A stretch of 64,000 bases of DNA, taken from Callorhinchus milii (taxonomy: Eukaryota). The stretch covers positions 111,664,001 to 111,728,000 of the forward strand of contig NW_024704742.1 in assembly GCF_018977255.1 (NCBI RefSeq), read 5' to 3'. Under the pieces are notes generated by a model. It made no database searches. It was not told the origin of the DNA and saw nothing but the letters and a program-made list of their open reading frames with translations. Position numbers and translations under genes: made by a program. How positions within the stretch are numbered: position 1 is the first letter of the stretch; every line of letters begins with the position of its first letter. Shown piece by piece: positions 38,765 to 50,442 of this stretch.

Positions 38765-39020
38765 TGTGGATGCCAGTGCGTAACAGTTGAGGGCAGTGGT
38801 GACCTTCACTGCCTCTGGTAGTGAGTCCTGATGATGGATTGTTCCTCCAGATCTTCATGGGACAGCTGGCACACGTCAGTCACAGCCTCCATAGGAAGCC
38901 TAAGCCCCCTCAGGCACTGCTCTATGGCATGCCCAGTCATGTCATTGTACATTGCTTGGGCTAGAACCTGCTACAACTTGTTTGCCCTTTGCACCTGCAG
39001 TCCTCCCTCTCCTCCTCCTT
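38765..39020 (-). mobile_element. Harbinger/PIF transposase N-terminal fragment, frameshifted
   Basis: YNDMT..EQCLRGLRLPMEAVTDVCQLSHEDLE..RT, then by frameshift LPEAVKVTTALNCYA; matches HARBI1-like EQCLRRLR..V..LC..L..ALP.AVKVT.ALNFYA. Confidence 0.8.
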
Positions 39021-39257
39021 CACTTGCATATACCCAACAATAGCCACTGCACCCACATTATCTTTCAGAAGAGCACTGTACTATCCACTACTCTCAACAT
39101 TGACCTCCTACCCACAACTTTTGACATTCTCACTAACTCTAAGTTTATGATTCTAAATTTAGACTTAAACACTTAACTTTCTCAACTTAATAAAGTTAAT
39201 CAATAATTTTTCAACCCTTTCCTTGCTGTATACCCTCCAGTTTCTTTTGGACAATAT

Positions 39258-39430
39258 TATTAATAATAATCTTTGCATTTGATATAGTGCCTTTCACGTT
39301 GGGAAGACATCTACAAGCACTTCATAGGATTCGCTGTAAAGTGTCATGACTGAATTTTGTAGACAAACACGACAGCCAATTTGTGCATAACAATGTCTCA
39401 AAGTCTTGATGTGAATGAATGACCAATGTT
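39258..39430 (-). mobile_element. SINE 3' fragment
   Basis: aataatctttgcatttgatatagtgcctttcacgttgggaagacatc..acagccaatttgtgc. Confidence 0.75.
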
Positions 39431-40239
39431 AATGAACAATGGTTTGTCATTCCTCAGTCATGTGTAGAGGAGTGCTAAGCATGACTGGTTTACTGGTGCA
39501 AACACCGATTTTACACCGTGTTATACTCAGATTTACTTTTTTGCTAAAATATCAAAGACAGGAATGTTGATCTCATCAGTGGCATGCTTGCCTCCACTGT
39601 CTGTTTTCCTTTCAGCATTAGATTCTGCCATTTTCAAATTAGGTTTGTCCTGTCAAGTAGGCTGGGATACAGAGGAGCAGAGGCTGCCTCACCAAAAATA
39701 ACCTGCATGACATCAGGCAACATAAACTATCGGCCCAAAGGACAAGTGGATTACGTAGCGCAGGATCAAGAATTGGTTTATTTTTAAGACAGCCACCGCT
39801 CCCAAGTTATGTATCATATTTATACTACACATCAGTGTTATTATATGTATTTAAGATTAGATTGATGCCTTTAAAAAGCAAAATAGGGATTATTTTTAGC
39901 CCAGTTGGTAAGACGACTGGCGTTTGGATCCTCGGCTGGAATCCTGTGAAGCGACTCACTACAGCTGAGTGGAATGTTGTGTCTGCCTCAGTGTACTGCT
40001 CATGGCTGGAGTCCTGCAAGGCAGCTGCTTCAGCTGTGGGTGTGTGGGTGTAGCCCGTGTCCACAGACTGCTTGCTATGTGCCATGAAGTCCAGGATCTA
40101 TGATCCTTGTTCTGTACAAGTTGATCTTTTTCCTGCTGATAGAAAAAGAAATAGGAACCACGCATTACTGCACACTGAAATTAATTTGTCAGCAGGAGTC
40201 TTAATGAGGCAACGTGAGGAAGACTAGCATGAAGAGATC

Positions 40240-40655
40240 CAGCCATATTGTAAGAAAGGGAAAAGTTGGGATCAGTTAGCGAGAAGGAGACCTTGAACGA
40301 GAGAGAGAGAGTAATGAGAAGGAATGAGGCAAGGCAGTAAAAGATTAAACAGGACAGGATAGGACAAGATTGGATAAGAGAAGATAAGACAAGACAGGAA
40401 AGACCCAGGTAGGATGGCACAAGACAAACTAGAACAAAACACAAGAGGACATGGAAATCAAAACAAACAGAATATGAGGGAAGTCCAGGAAAAAGTGGAA
40501 AAGGACAAAGGTGATCTTAAGAGACAGGCTGAGAAAATATATCAAGTGAAAAGAGTTGATACAATTGAAAGCAAGATGAGAAATAGATAAAAATACAATA
40601 TGATAGAAAACAGAACAAGTGAGAGAATCTAAGAGAAGGATAGACACAACATGAC
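40240..40655 (+). repeat. Purine-rich degenerate pentamer repeat
   Basis: aggacaggataggacaagattggataagagaagataagacaagacaggaaagac; 5-nt periodicity of AGACA/GGACA/AGATA. Confidence 0.7.
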
Positions 40656-41454
40656 AATTGTGGATAGAGCGATCACAGGTGTCAGTGTGAGCAGAAATGT
40701 TAAAGCTAGAAGAGAATGAGTGAGGCTAGTGTGGACCATGAGACATCAGGGCACCAGAGAGCATGCAAAGCTAGACTGGAGTGCTGAGAATGGAGCAAAG
40801 CCAAGCTTAGCGGAGAATGTGAGACAAGAAGACAGCTGCCAGTCAGCAGGTGAGAGCAGGTGAAGGCAGTTCTAGCATCAGCCCAGGAGACGTAGAGACT
40901 GTTGGAAATAAACCATGGCTGGAATGACTGCATGTGTGGCTATGAGAGAAAATCTGCTTCCTGGAATGTGACATAAGCACACAGGAGATGCATTCCTGCC
41001 AAGAGGAGATAATGCAAAAACAGCTGAGGAGATCCTAGTGTTGGTTCACTGGAAATAAAGAGCTCACTTAGAATTACCCTCACACGTCTTTGGGGGAATT
41101 CAGTTTTGTTGCAGATTCCAGACAATGTTACAAAAAAAGTGGACATTTAAGAAGTTGATAAATATAAATAAAGTCCAGCTGTTCCATATTCCATTGAAAG
41201 AGTTACAATGTCTCTCCGGTAGGAAAAAGGTTCCCACCAAATCCTACGAAGGGCAGTTGAGGGTATCTATTTCTTCCCTAGCTAATTTTCTCCTCAATTA
41301 TTCTATTTTCAAGACATTTGACAGTTTTTCTCCTTCAATTGGGATTGTTGGAATGATTCCACAAGTATCTGCCTACAGTACCTTTCTTCAATGACTATTC
41401 TGTGTATTGGCAGTGCGAATAGGCAGACTACGTACCCGTAATATTTCCACAAAA

Positions 41455-41840
41455 ATCCCCATGTTGGGAGCTTGAACTCATATAGTCTAGCCTGGAACTC
41501 CAATGCAGTGCTGGGGGAGTGCTGCATTGTTGAAGTTGCCATGCTTCAAAAGAGACGTTAAAACAATGCCCCATCTGCTTGTTCAGGTGATGATTCAAGA
41601 TCCTGTGACACCATTCAAAAACAGAAGGGAATTTCCCCCAGTGTCCTGGCCAACAATCCCCCAAATAAAATTGGTCACTCACTTCATGGCTGCTTGTGGG
41701 GGGACATTGCTATGTGAAAATTTAGCTGCTGGTTTTGCCCATAAAAACATAGATATGCAGATGCTTCTGGAACGCACTTTGAGATGTACTCCCAACTTGA
41801 AAGGAGCTATATAAAATGTAAGGATTATTATTATTATTAT
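41455..41840 (+). mobile_element. Deu-domain SINE
   Basis: cagtgctgggggagtgctgcattgttg..gagacgttaaa..ttcaggtg..aagatcctgtgacaccattcaaaa..gtgtcctggccaacaatcccc; (TTA)n tail. Confidence 0.85.
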
Positions 41841-42054
41841 AATCTTGAACTTTGATACAATGTTTTTTAGGCTAAGATCATAAGAAATTTCGGGTCTCGG
41901 AGTTGATTCCTTGAAATGCCCTTCACAGTCTGATTCTAGCCAGGAGAGAGAAAAACAGTGTCTGAGTGAGTCTGATATAATGCTCTCACTGAACTGCCAG
42001 TGACTTGTTATGAAGCAAAGATAAAAGGGAAAAAAACACACAAATCACTGTAGT

Positions 42055-42230
42055 CTGAAATAGAAACAGAAAATGCTAGAAATGAACAACAAGTTGATCA
42101 GCATCTGTAAGAGATAGAAAGGCTAATGCTCAGTTCTGATGAAAGGTCACACCTTGAAATGTTAACCTATTTTTCTTCAAATACTCATCGGCCTGCTGCT
42201 TCTCACCAGAATCTCTGTTTACATTCTAGT
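42055..42230. mobile_element. Penelope-like inverted terminal repeat containing a hammerhead core
   Basis: Left arm tctgaaatagaaacagaaaatgctagaaat..agcatctg is inverse to the degenerate right arm; CTGATGA-AAGGT-CAC-ACCTT-GAAA lies between them. Confidence 0.65.
42132..42166 (+). ncRNA. Minimal hammerhead ribozyme-like motif, probably inactivated
   Basis: CUGAUGA 42136-42142, 5-bp stem II, GAAA 42156-42159, short stem I GUU/AAC; stem III reads AUGU rather than palindromic ACGU. Confidence 0.55.
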
Positions 42231-42464
42231 TACTGAAGAGTACAGGCTGAGATCTGGAAGTCATTTCAATGGTGCTAGGCTCACTCATTTGGAGTGAGCC
42301 TCATTTGTTTTAGTTTGAAAATGATATTGATTTGAATGTACCTAACTGTGAGAAGTGTGCAAACTTGTGTTTAAAGGGGCTTATGTTCTGTATCACTCTG
42401 TGATCACACATTTTGCTCTCAGAAAAACTGTTGTAATGCTGACATTACTGGGAAATACTGGTTC

Positions 42465-42890
42465 TCAGTGTGGCTCAGTTGGTAGCTACTCTTGTGTCTG
42501 AAGGTTATGGCTTCAAGCTCCACATTGGAAGTTCAAATTCATATATTCTCGGCTGACACTCCAATACAGTGCTGGGAGAGTGCTACCTTGTTGGAGGTGC
42601 CATCCTTTGGATGAGATGTTGACCAAGGTCCAGGCTTTCTGTCAAGGTGGACATTAAAGATCCTATTGCACTGCTCAAAAAGAGGAGGGAGTTCTGCTTG
42701 ACCAGCAATTCTCCCAAATAAAATTGGCACTCACTTCATTGTTGTTTGTGACACAATACTGGGTGTATATTGGCTGCCATGTTGTCCCAAAAATACACAG
42801 CTATTACATTTTGCAGTAAATCCCGTGAAACTCTTTGTGATGCCCTCCTGACATAAAAGGTGCAGCATGAAATGCAAGGATTATTATTAA
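42465..42890 (+). mobile_element. Deu-domain SINE, near full length
   Basis: Head gtggctcagttggtagctactc; Deu core ggaggtgccatcctttggatgagatgttgaccaaggtcc..ggtggacattaaagatcctattgcac. Confidence 0.87.
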
Positions 42891-42984
42891 TATAATCATG
42901 GCTATGGCCTGCACAGTACCAGCTGGGTCACCACGTGCACATATACACTTCCATCAGTCTCAAAAGCAGCAGAAGTGAAAACAT

Positions 42985-43370
42985 ACAATGCAATTTCACA
43001 TTTATAAAGCACTTTTCACATGGGAGGACATCCCATAGTGCAACGGGATGGGGAAGGGGAAAGATGTAAAAGAGGTAGTTTTGAGATGGATCTTGAACGA
43101 GGTGAGGGAGGGGGCGAGTCAGAGGGACACCAAATTGCGATTCCAGAGATTGGTGGCTAAAAGGCAGAAAGCTAACCCACCGATGATAGGGCGGGTGGAG
43201 CAGGGAACAGGAAGCAGGACAATAATCACTGAGAGAAGGGAGTAGCCAAGTCAGTAGGGTTTGAGGAGGCCGCAGAAGTAAGTTGGGGCGAGACTGTGGA
43301 GGGATATAAATATGAGAAAAAGAATCTTGAACTCAATCCCCTTGGGGTTGTGGGCAGCTGATGGAGTCAA
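42985..43370 (-). mobile_element. Older L2 3' fragment
   Basis: Tail gcacttttcacatgggaggacatccc; gaatcttgaactcaatccc encodes RIEFKIL-like sequence on minus. Confidence 0.75.
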
Positions 43371-43381
43371 GCAATATTCGT

Positions 43382-43706
43382 GGAGTCCTGTAGCTCAGTG
43401 GTTAGAGCACTCGCTTTGCAAGCGAGAAACCTGAGTTCAATTCCAGGCAGGTCGAAACCTTGGGCAAGTTTCCTTACTCCACAAGCCTAATAATAATCCT
43501 TCCAAAACCAAATAAAAACAATAATAAATTGGTCATTTTCAATCTACGACTGTTTGTGGGACATTGCTGAGCGCAATTGGCTGCCGCGTTCGCCCACAAA
43601 TATACAGTCAATTCACTTTACAGTGTGTTCTGTGAAGCGCTTTGGGATGTCCTCCCGACGTGAAAAGAGGTATATCAAATGCAAGGATCATTATTATTAT
43701 TATTAT
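43382..43706 (+). mobile_element. tRNA-Ala SINE, short form, CTCCC-loop tail variant
   Basis: ggagtcctgtagctcagtggttagagcactcgctttgcaagcgag; very similar to 22550-22853. Confidence 0.95.
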
Positions 43707-44117
43707 AAGAAAACATAGAGCTAGAGACTGTTGGAAGAGAGAGAGATTAAGGACAGGAAACCTTTTAAACTTCAAACGGGCTGCTTATGACATCATTGTC
43801 CATGTGCAGAGATGTGAGCATCCTACAGAAACCAAAAGCTGAATGTCAGCAATCGACTCCAAAAGAGCACTGACCTTTAAAGCTTTGATACACTCAGAGA
43901 ACAGAAAAGAAACAAAATGAAAGAGATTTAAGGCAATGAGGGCATAACACTACCTGTTACATAATGCAATGAAAGCAGACTTAAGACTCCTTCCTTTGCT
44001 ACACTCCTGCAAGATATCAGCAGGGCCACTCAGGAGCAGTTCAACAACTACCTTTTAGTGGCATTACACAGCTTTTATAACTCACTTTATGAGGAGTAAA
44101 CCATTCCCTCATCTGAG

Positions 44118-44480
44118 TGTCAGCCTGGTTCAGTTGGTGGCACTCTTGCTTTTGAGTCAGGAGGTGTGGGTTCAAGTTCCAGGTCTGGACTTTTAGCTCT
44201 TAGTCAAGAGTGAGATTCTAATACAATGCTCGAGGAGTGCTGCATTGTCAGATGCTGTCCTTCAGTTGAAATGATGTTCAGATAAAGCTAATCCCATCTG
44301 CCAGTTCAGGTGGATATTAAAGATGCCATGGCACAATTCAGATCTGAAAAAAAGATTTAAAAAAACATGGTCATTCATTCTTCAGCTGTGTAAAAATTGC
44401 TTTCTGCCAAATCAACAGTCACTACACTTTACAGAAACTCTGAAGCTCTTCGAGACATCTTGAAATGAAAAGATGACATA
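44118..44480 (+). mobile_element. Deu-domain SINE
   Basis: gtcagcctggttcagttggtggcactcttgcttttgagtcaggaggtgtgggttcaagt head; ttcaggtggatattaaagatgccatggcac. Confidence 0.8.
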
Positions 44481-44829
44481 TTTTGGTACCAGCTGCATTA
44501 GCATAGAAGAGTGAGGCACAAATGGAGATGCTGACAGTGAGATATCACTTTTCCCGATGCTCTTACATTTAGTCTGCAATATCAAGATCTCTTACTTGCC
44601 TCCACATGATACAGATGCAGGAAGGTCATCTCATTATGTAACTTACATGCTGTGGTTCTATGTGTGATTATGTTATCTCTCGTGCACTGCATTTTATCAA
44701 CACTGATGCTGCATGGACCCAAGACAGCATCAAATAAGTGAAGTATAGCCGGGGTGGCAACTTCATATTTGTTCCACTTTTGGCGTCCGTTATTTTTATG
44801 TTTCTGTTTAATGCTGGCTCCAAGAAAAT

Positions 44830-45290
44830 GATAATAACCTTTGCATTTCATATACTTTAGTGTATTTCACATCTGTTGAATGTCTCGAAGCACTTCACAT
44901 AACATTCAGTGTAAAGTGTGGTGACTGTGTATTTTGTAGGCAATCCTAGCAGTCAAGTTTGCATACAGTAATGTCGCACCAACTGCCATGAAGTGAATGA
45001 CCAATTTTATTTGAGGGAATTGTTGGCCAGGACATCAGGAGAAAATTCTCTTCTCTTTTTGAATAGTGCCATGCGAACTTCAGCATCCACCTGAATACGC
45101 AGATGGACCTTGGTTTAACATTTTTTAGTATCACAGAAACATAGAATCTTACAGCACAGAAGGAGGCTATCAGGCCCATCGTGCCTGTGATGGCTCTTTG
45201 AAAGAACTGCCAATTAGTCCCACTCCCCTGATTTGATTTAATTTGATCTGAAAACTGCACCTCTGATAAAGCATCACACCCGCAGCACTC
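44830..45290 (-). mobile_element. Deu-domain SINE interrupted by a CR1 3' end (about 45130-45230)
   Basis: SINE to cttggtttaaca, then acagaaacatagaatcttacagcacagaaggaggc, then resumes atctgaaaactgcacctctga. Confidence 0.78.
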
Positions 45291-46189
45291 TGTTGGCGTT
45301 AACTATATTTATAAATATATTTAGTACAACAGAAATGCAAAATAAACACAACATCTTCTGTTACAACTTTTTTCCTTTCTCCCGATCCAAAAAACATTCG
45401 ATTGTTTATGGTGCATTCCTTCACTGCACATAGGTTGTGCACACATTTTTTGGGACACTCCCTTTAAAACAGTCGGAGTCGCCCCTGAGTACACCACATC
45501 CATGTGCACGCCCGCGCACACCCTGATAAGGCGCACTTACCCCTTTTGGAAGGTACCCCGATGTGCACCATACGTGCACATGTTTACCGTACATATATTT
45601 TCGGGACATGCTTTGGTTTCACTTCAACCATCCTTCTGTACCCTTATATTTAGCCAGTCAACGCCTAAAAATGTACACATGGCAGGTCAAGCCATTTCAA
45701 AGGATACATAATGATGGCCTGATCCATGTTCCTTGTTCTCCTTTAGTTTATAGTTTGTCTTTAGCTACAACATTGCAGTAAACTGTACACAAAACAAAGT
45801 CTCTCTCCAGCCACGAGGCAAGATTACTCTGATCAGTTAGGCTGGGAGAGAGAGTGTCTTTGACAAACAGTGGCCTAAAGATAATTTAACACTACAATAC
45901 TGAATTTAAAAAGATTTCGCTTAGAATTTAAACATGTCTTAGCCGATATAAAGTTCACGATAGCAGTCATACTATGCTGAACCTGGAGGAAGAAACCATT
46001 CGTCATAAATTGAAGGGGTGTTCGAATCTGTTGTGAAGCACAGGTGAAAATGGCTGCAAAGTTCCATCACAGACTGCAAATTCTCCCACCAATATTAATG
46101 AAGAGACATGCATTGGACTGCTCAAGCATTTTCAGAAAACTATTTGGAAATGGAGTAAAATCAATTTACACCCATTGCATTTAATAATG

Positions 46190-46421
46190 GGAATCTGATT
46201 GTTTAGTCGATTGGTGGATGGCTTTTCCAGGGGTAATAATTCCTTCAAAACAAAATAATAATAAATTGGTCATTAAATCCACGACTGTTTGTGGGACGTT
46301 GCTGTGCACAATTGGCTGCTGCATTTTGCCCACAAAATATACAACCAATTCACTTTACAGCATATTTTGTGACGTCTCAAAGATGTGATAAGGTGCTATA
46401 TTAAATGCAATGATTATTATT
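46190..46421 (+). mobile_element. tRNA-Ala SINE, long form, 5'-truncated
   Basis: ttagtcgattggtggatggcttttccaggggtaataat through tail. Confidence 0.87.
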
Positions 46422-47433
46422 TTTAAATTACACCGGGGAAAATCAAAGTGGTGCTAAAATCATCTCATCTAATATGGTCTCGACATGGGACTCCATGCGA
46501 ATCACTACAGAATCATGCTGCTCAACTGCTGTTTATAATGTAATTTGTCTCAAAATGAAGTTTCCAAGCATAGCACGTTAATGAATGCCTTGTGGTATCA
46601 GATAACCATTGCATTACTGCATCATACATCATAAGTTCACTGTTCTTGTTCATTCAGGATCCTGAAGTTGCAGAATCATTCAGGATCCTGGAGTCAGTTG
46701 TAGTTTGTTTTTCGCTGCCCTGGCTGAAATCAACTAATTTAACACAGACAGAATTGAACCTGTATGGCTCAACTTCACACTGGATGGATCTTTGTTGCTC
46801 TCTAGATATGGCATTCAAATTCATACGGTAATGTTTAAGTTTCTCCACGCTATTATAAAGACTAAATCATGAGTTATATTTCAGTGTTTCAACCTCAGAG
46901 ACTGCTTTAACTTTGCTCTCATGGTCCAATCATGATCAGAACCATTGGATTAAATCAGAGCCTTGTAACTCCATGCCAGCTCTGTGTTATTCTATGTTTG
47001 ATTCACTGCAGTGAGCAATTACTTTTAATCTTGCTGCAGAAAACCCTCATGTTGCTGGGTTATTATCATTAAAGGGTAGGAAATAATTGACCTCTGATCA
47101 AATGCAGATGATACAGCACTCAGCTTTAAAGCTGCTTCCAACTATCATTTCTGGGTTTGGGGATAAAGTCATGGTGTAACCCCTACCCGCTTTAGTTGAA
47201 GTGATGGGAGCTTGCAATGGGACGAACTGTGTAACCATCTCTACTTTTACATTACCTTTTTCAATTTCTCCCTATTCTTTTGAAGTCAATGACTCATGAT
47301 TGGTACAGTTCCATGGGTGTGCTGGCTCTTCAGTACCTTGTACAAGTGGTTTCAGCCTAGCTTGAGTTTCCATTGACTAATTCACCATTGAGAACATCAC
47401 AGTCAAACCCAACTGAACCAAATAAATCCTGCT

Positions 47434-47721
47434 ACTAATTTTGATTAAGGCAATTAAAATCCATGCACAAGCACCTTCCACCTGGATAGGAAGTCAGTGA
47501 TTACACTGTTGGGAACCTCCTACCCAAGAATTATTAAGGCTAAATAAAGCGTAGATAAAAACTGAGTGGTGCAGTTTTATACTCTACTTCTATTCACATC
47601 CATGTGGAAAGGCACGATTTATGGCTAGTGTCAATTGATGTCGCAAGGGTGCAGTTTATTTGGGATCTGCTCAGTGTTTTAATGTAAACTAGAAATGAGT
47701 TCCGACTTAATCAAAATTAGT
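47434..47721. mobile_element. Candidate MITE with 16-bp perfect inverted repeats
   Basis: ACTAATTTTGATTAAG 47434-47449 and CTTAATCAAAATTAGT 47706-47721. Confidence 0.55.
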
Positions 47722-47931
47722 GCTCACTGAGAGAACAGAACTGTAATTATCATGTTTGTCATGTCTGTCCTATTGGCTGTCATTTAGCATGAACTTGTAG
47801 ATTAGTCAACTGTCTTAAATCCTTTTTACTTAAGGCCTTTAAATGAACATTTTGTTCATAATTATGTGTCCATCTAAGTCACAAGTGTTATCAATGTAAC
47901 ACAATATTCAGTTGGTTAAAACTCTGACACT

Positions 47932-48534
47932 GACTATCCTCCTTGGGGGAAGTTAGATGGGGTCTCTTTGGAGCTGAGCTGGCTCCAAGTTGACATGTTT
48001 GGCAGAAGAATGTCAGAATCGAGTCAATCACCTCTGGCAGTTTCAATAGGCCAGATCCTGAACCAGGCAGATCCGCAGTCCTCCAGCGCATGCTCATTGG
48101 CAGGACTTGGAGTGGCAGACTGGTCACTGGGAGCAGGGATTCTTCCCTTTCAGCTCTTGCCAACTTAACCATGCAAGTCAAAGCATTGGCGGGTAGGGTG
48201 GTCCTAGCTGGACAAAGAGGGGAAGTTTACCAGATAGTGGTCTCAATGAAACATTATGTGGTTTTAGCTGGTTAAATTCCAGCAGTAACCCAACACACAC
48301 TCTAACCTCCCCAACCCTTGGCTTCTCCCAACCTGCCATCTAATACCTTCCGGGATTAGGCAAGCAGGCTATGTCCTTCCCGGAATAGAGGATGCATTTC
48401 ATAACAGACACAGGGAAATTTCCACATGTAGGTAACATAAATATGTGGAACTCTCAGTTTGGTTTGGTTGCTATTACGCATGGTGATGGGTTTCTGCATA
48501 TGTCAGGCATCTCAATGACCAGAAATAAAAAAAC
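47932..48534 (+). repeat. Unclassified ~600-bp repeat, copy 5 (near full length)
   Basis: gactatcctccttgggggaag..ggctccaagttgacat..tgtcaggcat..agaaataaaaaaa. Confidence 0.87.
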
Positions 48535-48688
48535 ACTCTCTTCCATGAGGAAATGCTTGCACAAGGAGATTATACGTCTGGACAATTCATCCAAAGTTAA
48601 TGACTGTGTGGTCCGACACTGAAATGGATTACAACGCATCCTCAGTTTACGTGATAGCAGATTGGAGATTTTTTTTACCGATCAGAAC

Positions 48689-49060
48689 ATAATAATAATA
48701 ATCCTTGCATTTGATATAGTGCTTTATCACATCTTCAAGATGTCTCAAAGTGCTTCACAGAATATACTGTAAAGTGAATTGACTGTATATTTTGTGGGCG
48801 AAATGCAGCAGCCAATTTCACACAGCAGTGTCCGACAAACAGTCATGGATTGGGTGATGAATTTATTATTTTTCTTAAGGAATCATTACCCCCAGAAAAG
48901 CAATCCGCCAATCGACTGACAACCGGGTTCCTACTTGCTGCTAGGGAAACAGAGGCGTGTGGAGTAAGAAAACTTGCCCAATGTTTTGCCCTGCCGGGAA
49001 TTGAACCAAGGTTTCTCGCTTGCAAATTGAGCGCTCTAACCACTGACTCCACATGAGTCC
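48689..49060 (-). mobile_element. tRNA-Ala SINE, long form
   Basis: Full reverse-complement copy from (TAA)n to gcgctctaaccactga. Confidence 0.93.
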
Positions 49061-49679
49061 TGTACACGCTTTAAACTCATGCTTTAAACTCTACAGCTAT
49101 CCACAGCCTACAACACGTGCTGTAGAAAGTCATGAGCTGCACAACAGAAGGTTGCCCAGCAACCGCACTGACACCAATGATCAAAAGCCGAGGCTAATCA
49201 AATGAAAAGGCCAATGCTCACAGTCATGTTAACAAGCCCCAGAAACCTTTTTTTGGGGGTTGCTTCTGAAAGTTGTCATTTCCTCTATGGTGCAGTGAAG
49301 CTGCTCTGTGCTGCATTACCTTAATCGGGCAAAATTCACGTAATAATTTTTCTAATTTCCTTTTAAAATTGAGATTCGCCACCTTTTTGTAATGTGTTCC
49401 TGTTTGATTCTGCTTGTTGTGCCTTCTCCTTTGCTACAGACCACACTCCGTTGTACCACCAGAAGAATTAACACCTCCAAAAGCTGGAAACTCATAAACA
49501 ATGAGCACCTAGAACATTAAAATGTCTCTGAGCTCTACACAGGTAAAATCTGCTAAGTCTAGTGACTGTGTATTTGTAGGCAAACACAGCAAATCCGCCT
49601 TCTCTTTTCAAATAATAGAATTGAATCTTTAATGTCCATCTGAACAGGTAGGCCGGATTTGGACTAACTGGATTAAAAA

Positions 49680-49912
49680 ACAACAATTTGCATTTATATA
49701 GCGCCTTTCACGCAGGGTAGTGTACCAGAATGCTTGACAGTAGTGGAGTCTGACGCTGAGGCTGGGGAAGGGGGAGGTAACCGTCAGTACGATCAAAAAG
49801 AAGGTCTTTAGGCAGAATTTGAAAGTGGGGAGGGAGGGGGTAAGGCAGAGGGATTGAGGGAGAGAGTTCTAGAGTTTTGGGGCGTAGTGGCTGAAGGCAC
49901 GGCCACTGTGCC
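49680..49912 (-). mobile_element. L2 3' fragment
   Basis: gcgcctttcacgcagggtag tail; ggcgtagtggctgaaggcacggcc. Confidence 0.82.
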
Positions 49913-50249
49913 ACAATGTCTCATCCACAAGTCGCCACCTCCGACAATGTGGTGCTGGCCCAGTAATGTGTTGGAATGTAACCTTGGGCTATTTGCTCAA
50001 GTCTGGTTATTAAGGAATCTTGTTACACATCCCAATATCATGATGCAATCCACTGTACATATAAATATTACAGATGCGACTTCAAGCATGGACAACATCA
50101 ACAGCAATTTGCATTTATATAGCGCTCTTCACATGGGGTAGCACCTCAGAGAGGTTGATCAGAAATGGCTGGTCAAATTAAAATTCCCATTACAAAATTT
50201 GTGTTTAAAGAATTTATTGCATTGTGGGATGTAAATTTGGCTTTGAAAC

Positions 50250-50442
50250 AATAATAATCCTTGCACTTTGATATGGATGGGTCCTTGTTTTAACATTTGA
50301 TCCGAAGGATGTCACCTCCGACATTGCAACATTGCACTGGAGTGCCAGAGTGGACTGTGAATTCAAAACCCCAACATGGGGTTTGAATCCGAAACCTTCT
50401 GACTCAGAGGTGAGAATGCAACCAACTGAGCCAGGCTGATAC
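50250..50442 (-). mobile_element. Internally deleted Deu SINE
   Basis: aaccttctgactcagaggtgagaatgcaaccaactgagccaggctga head; ccgaaggatgtcacctccgaca. Confidence 0.78.

Noticed and set aside
40181..40647. Leu/Cys/Phe-rich ORFs resembling membrane proteins
   Set aside because: Translation of the complement of a purine-rich simple repeat
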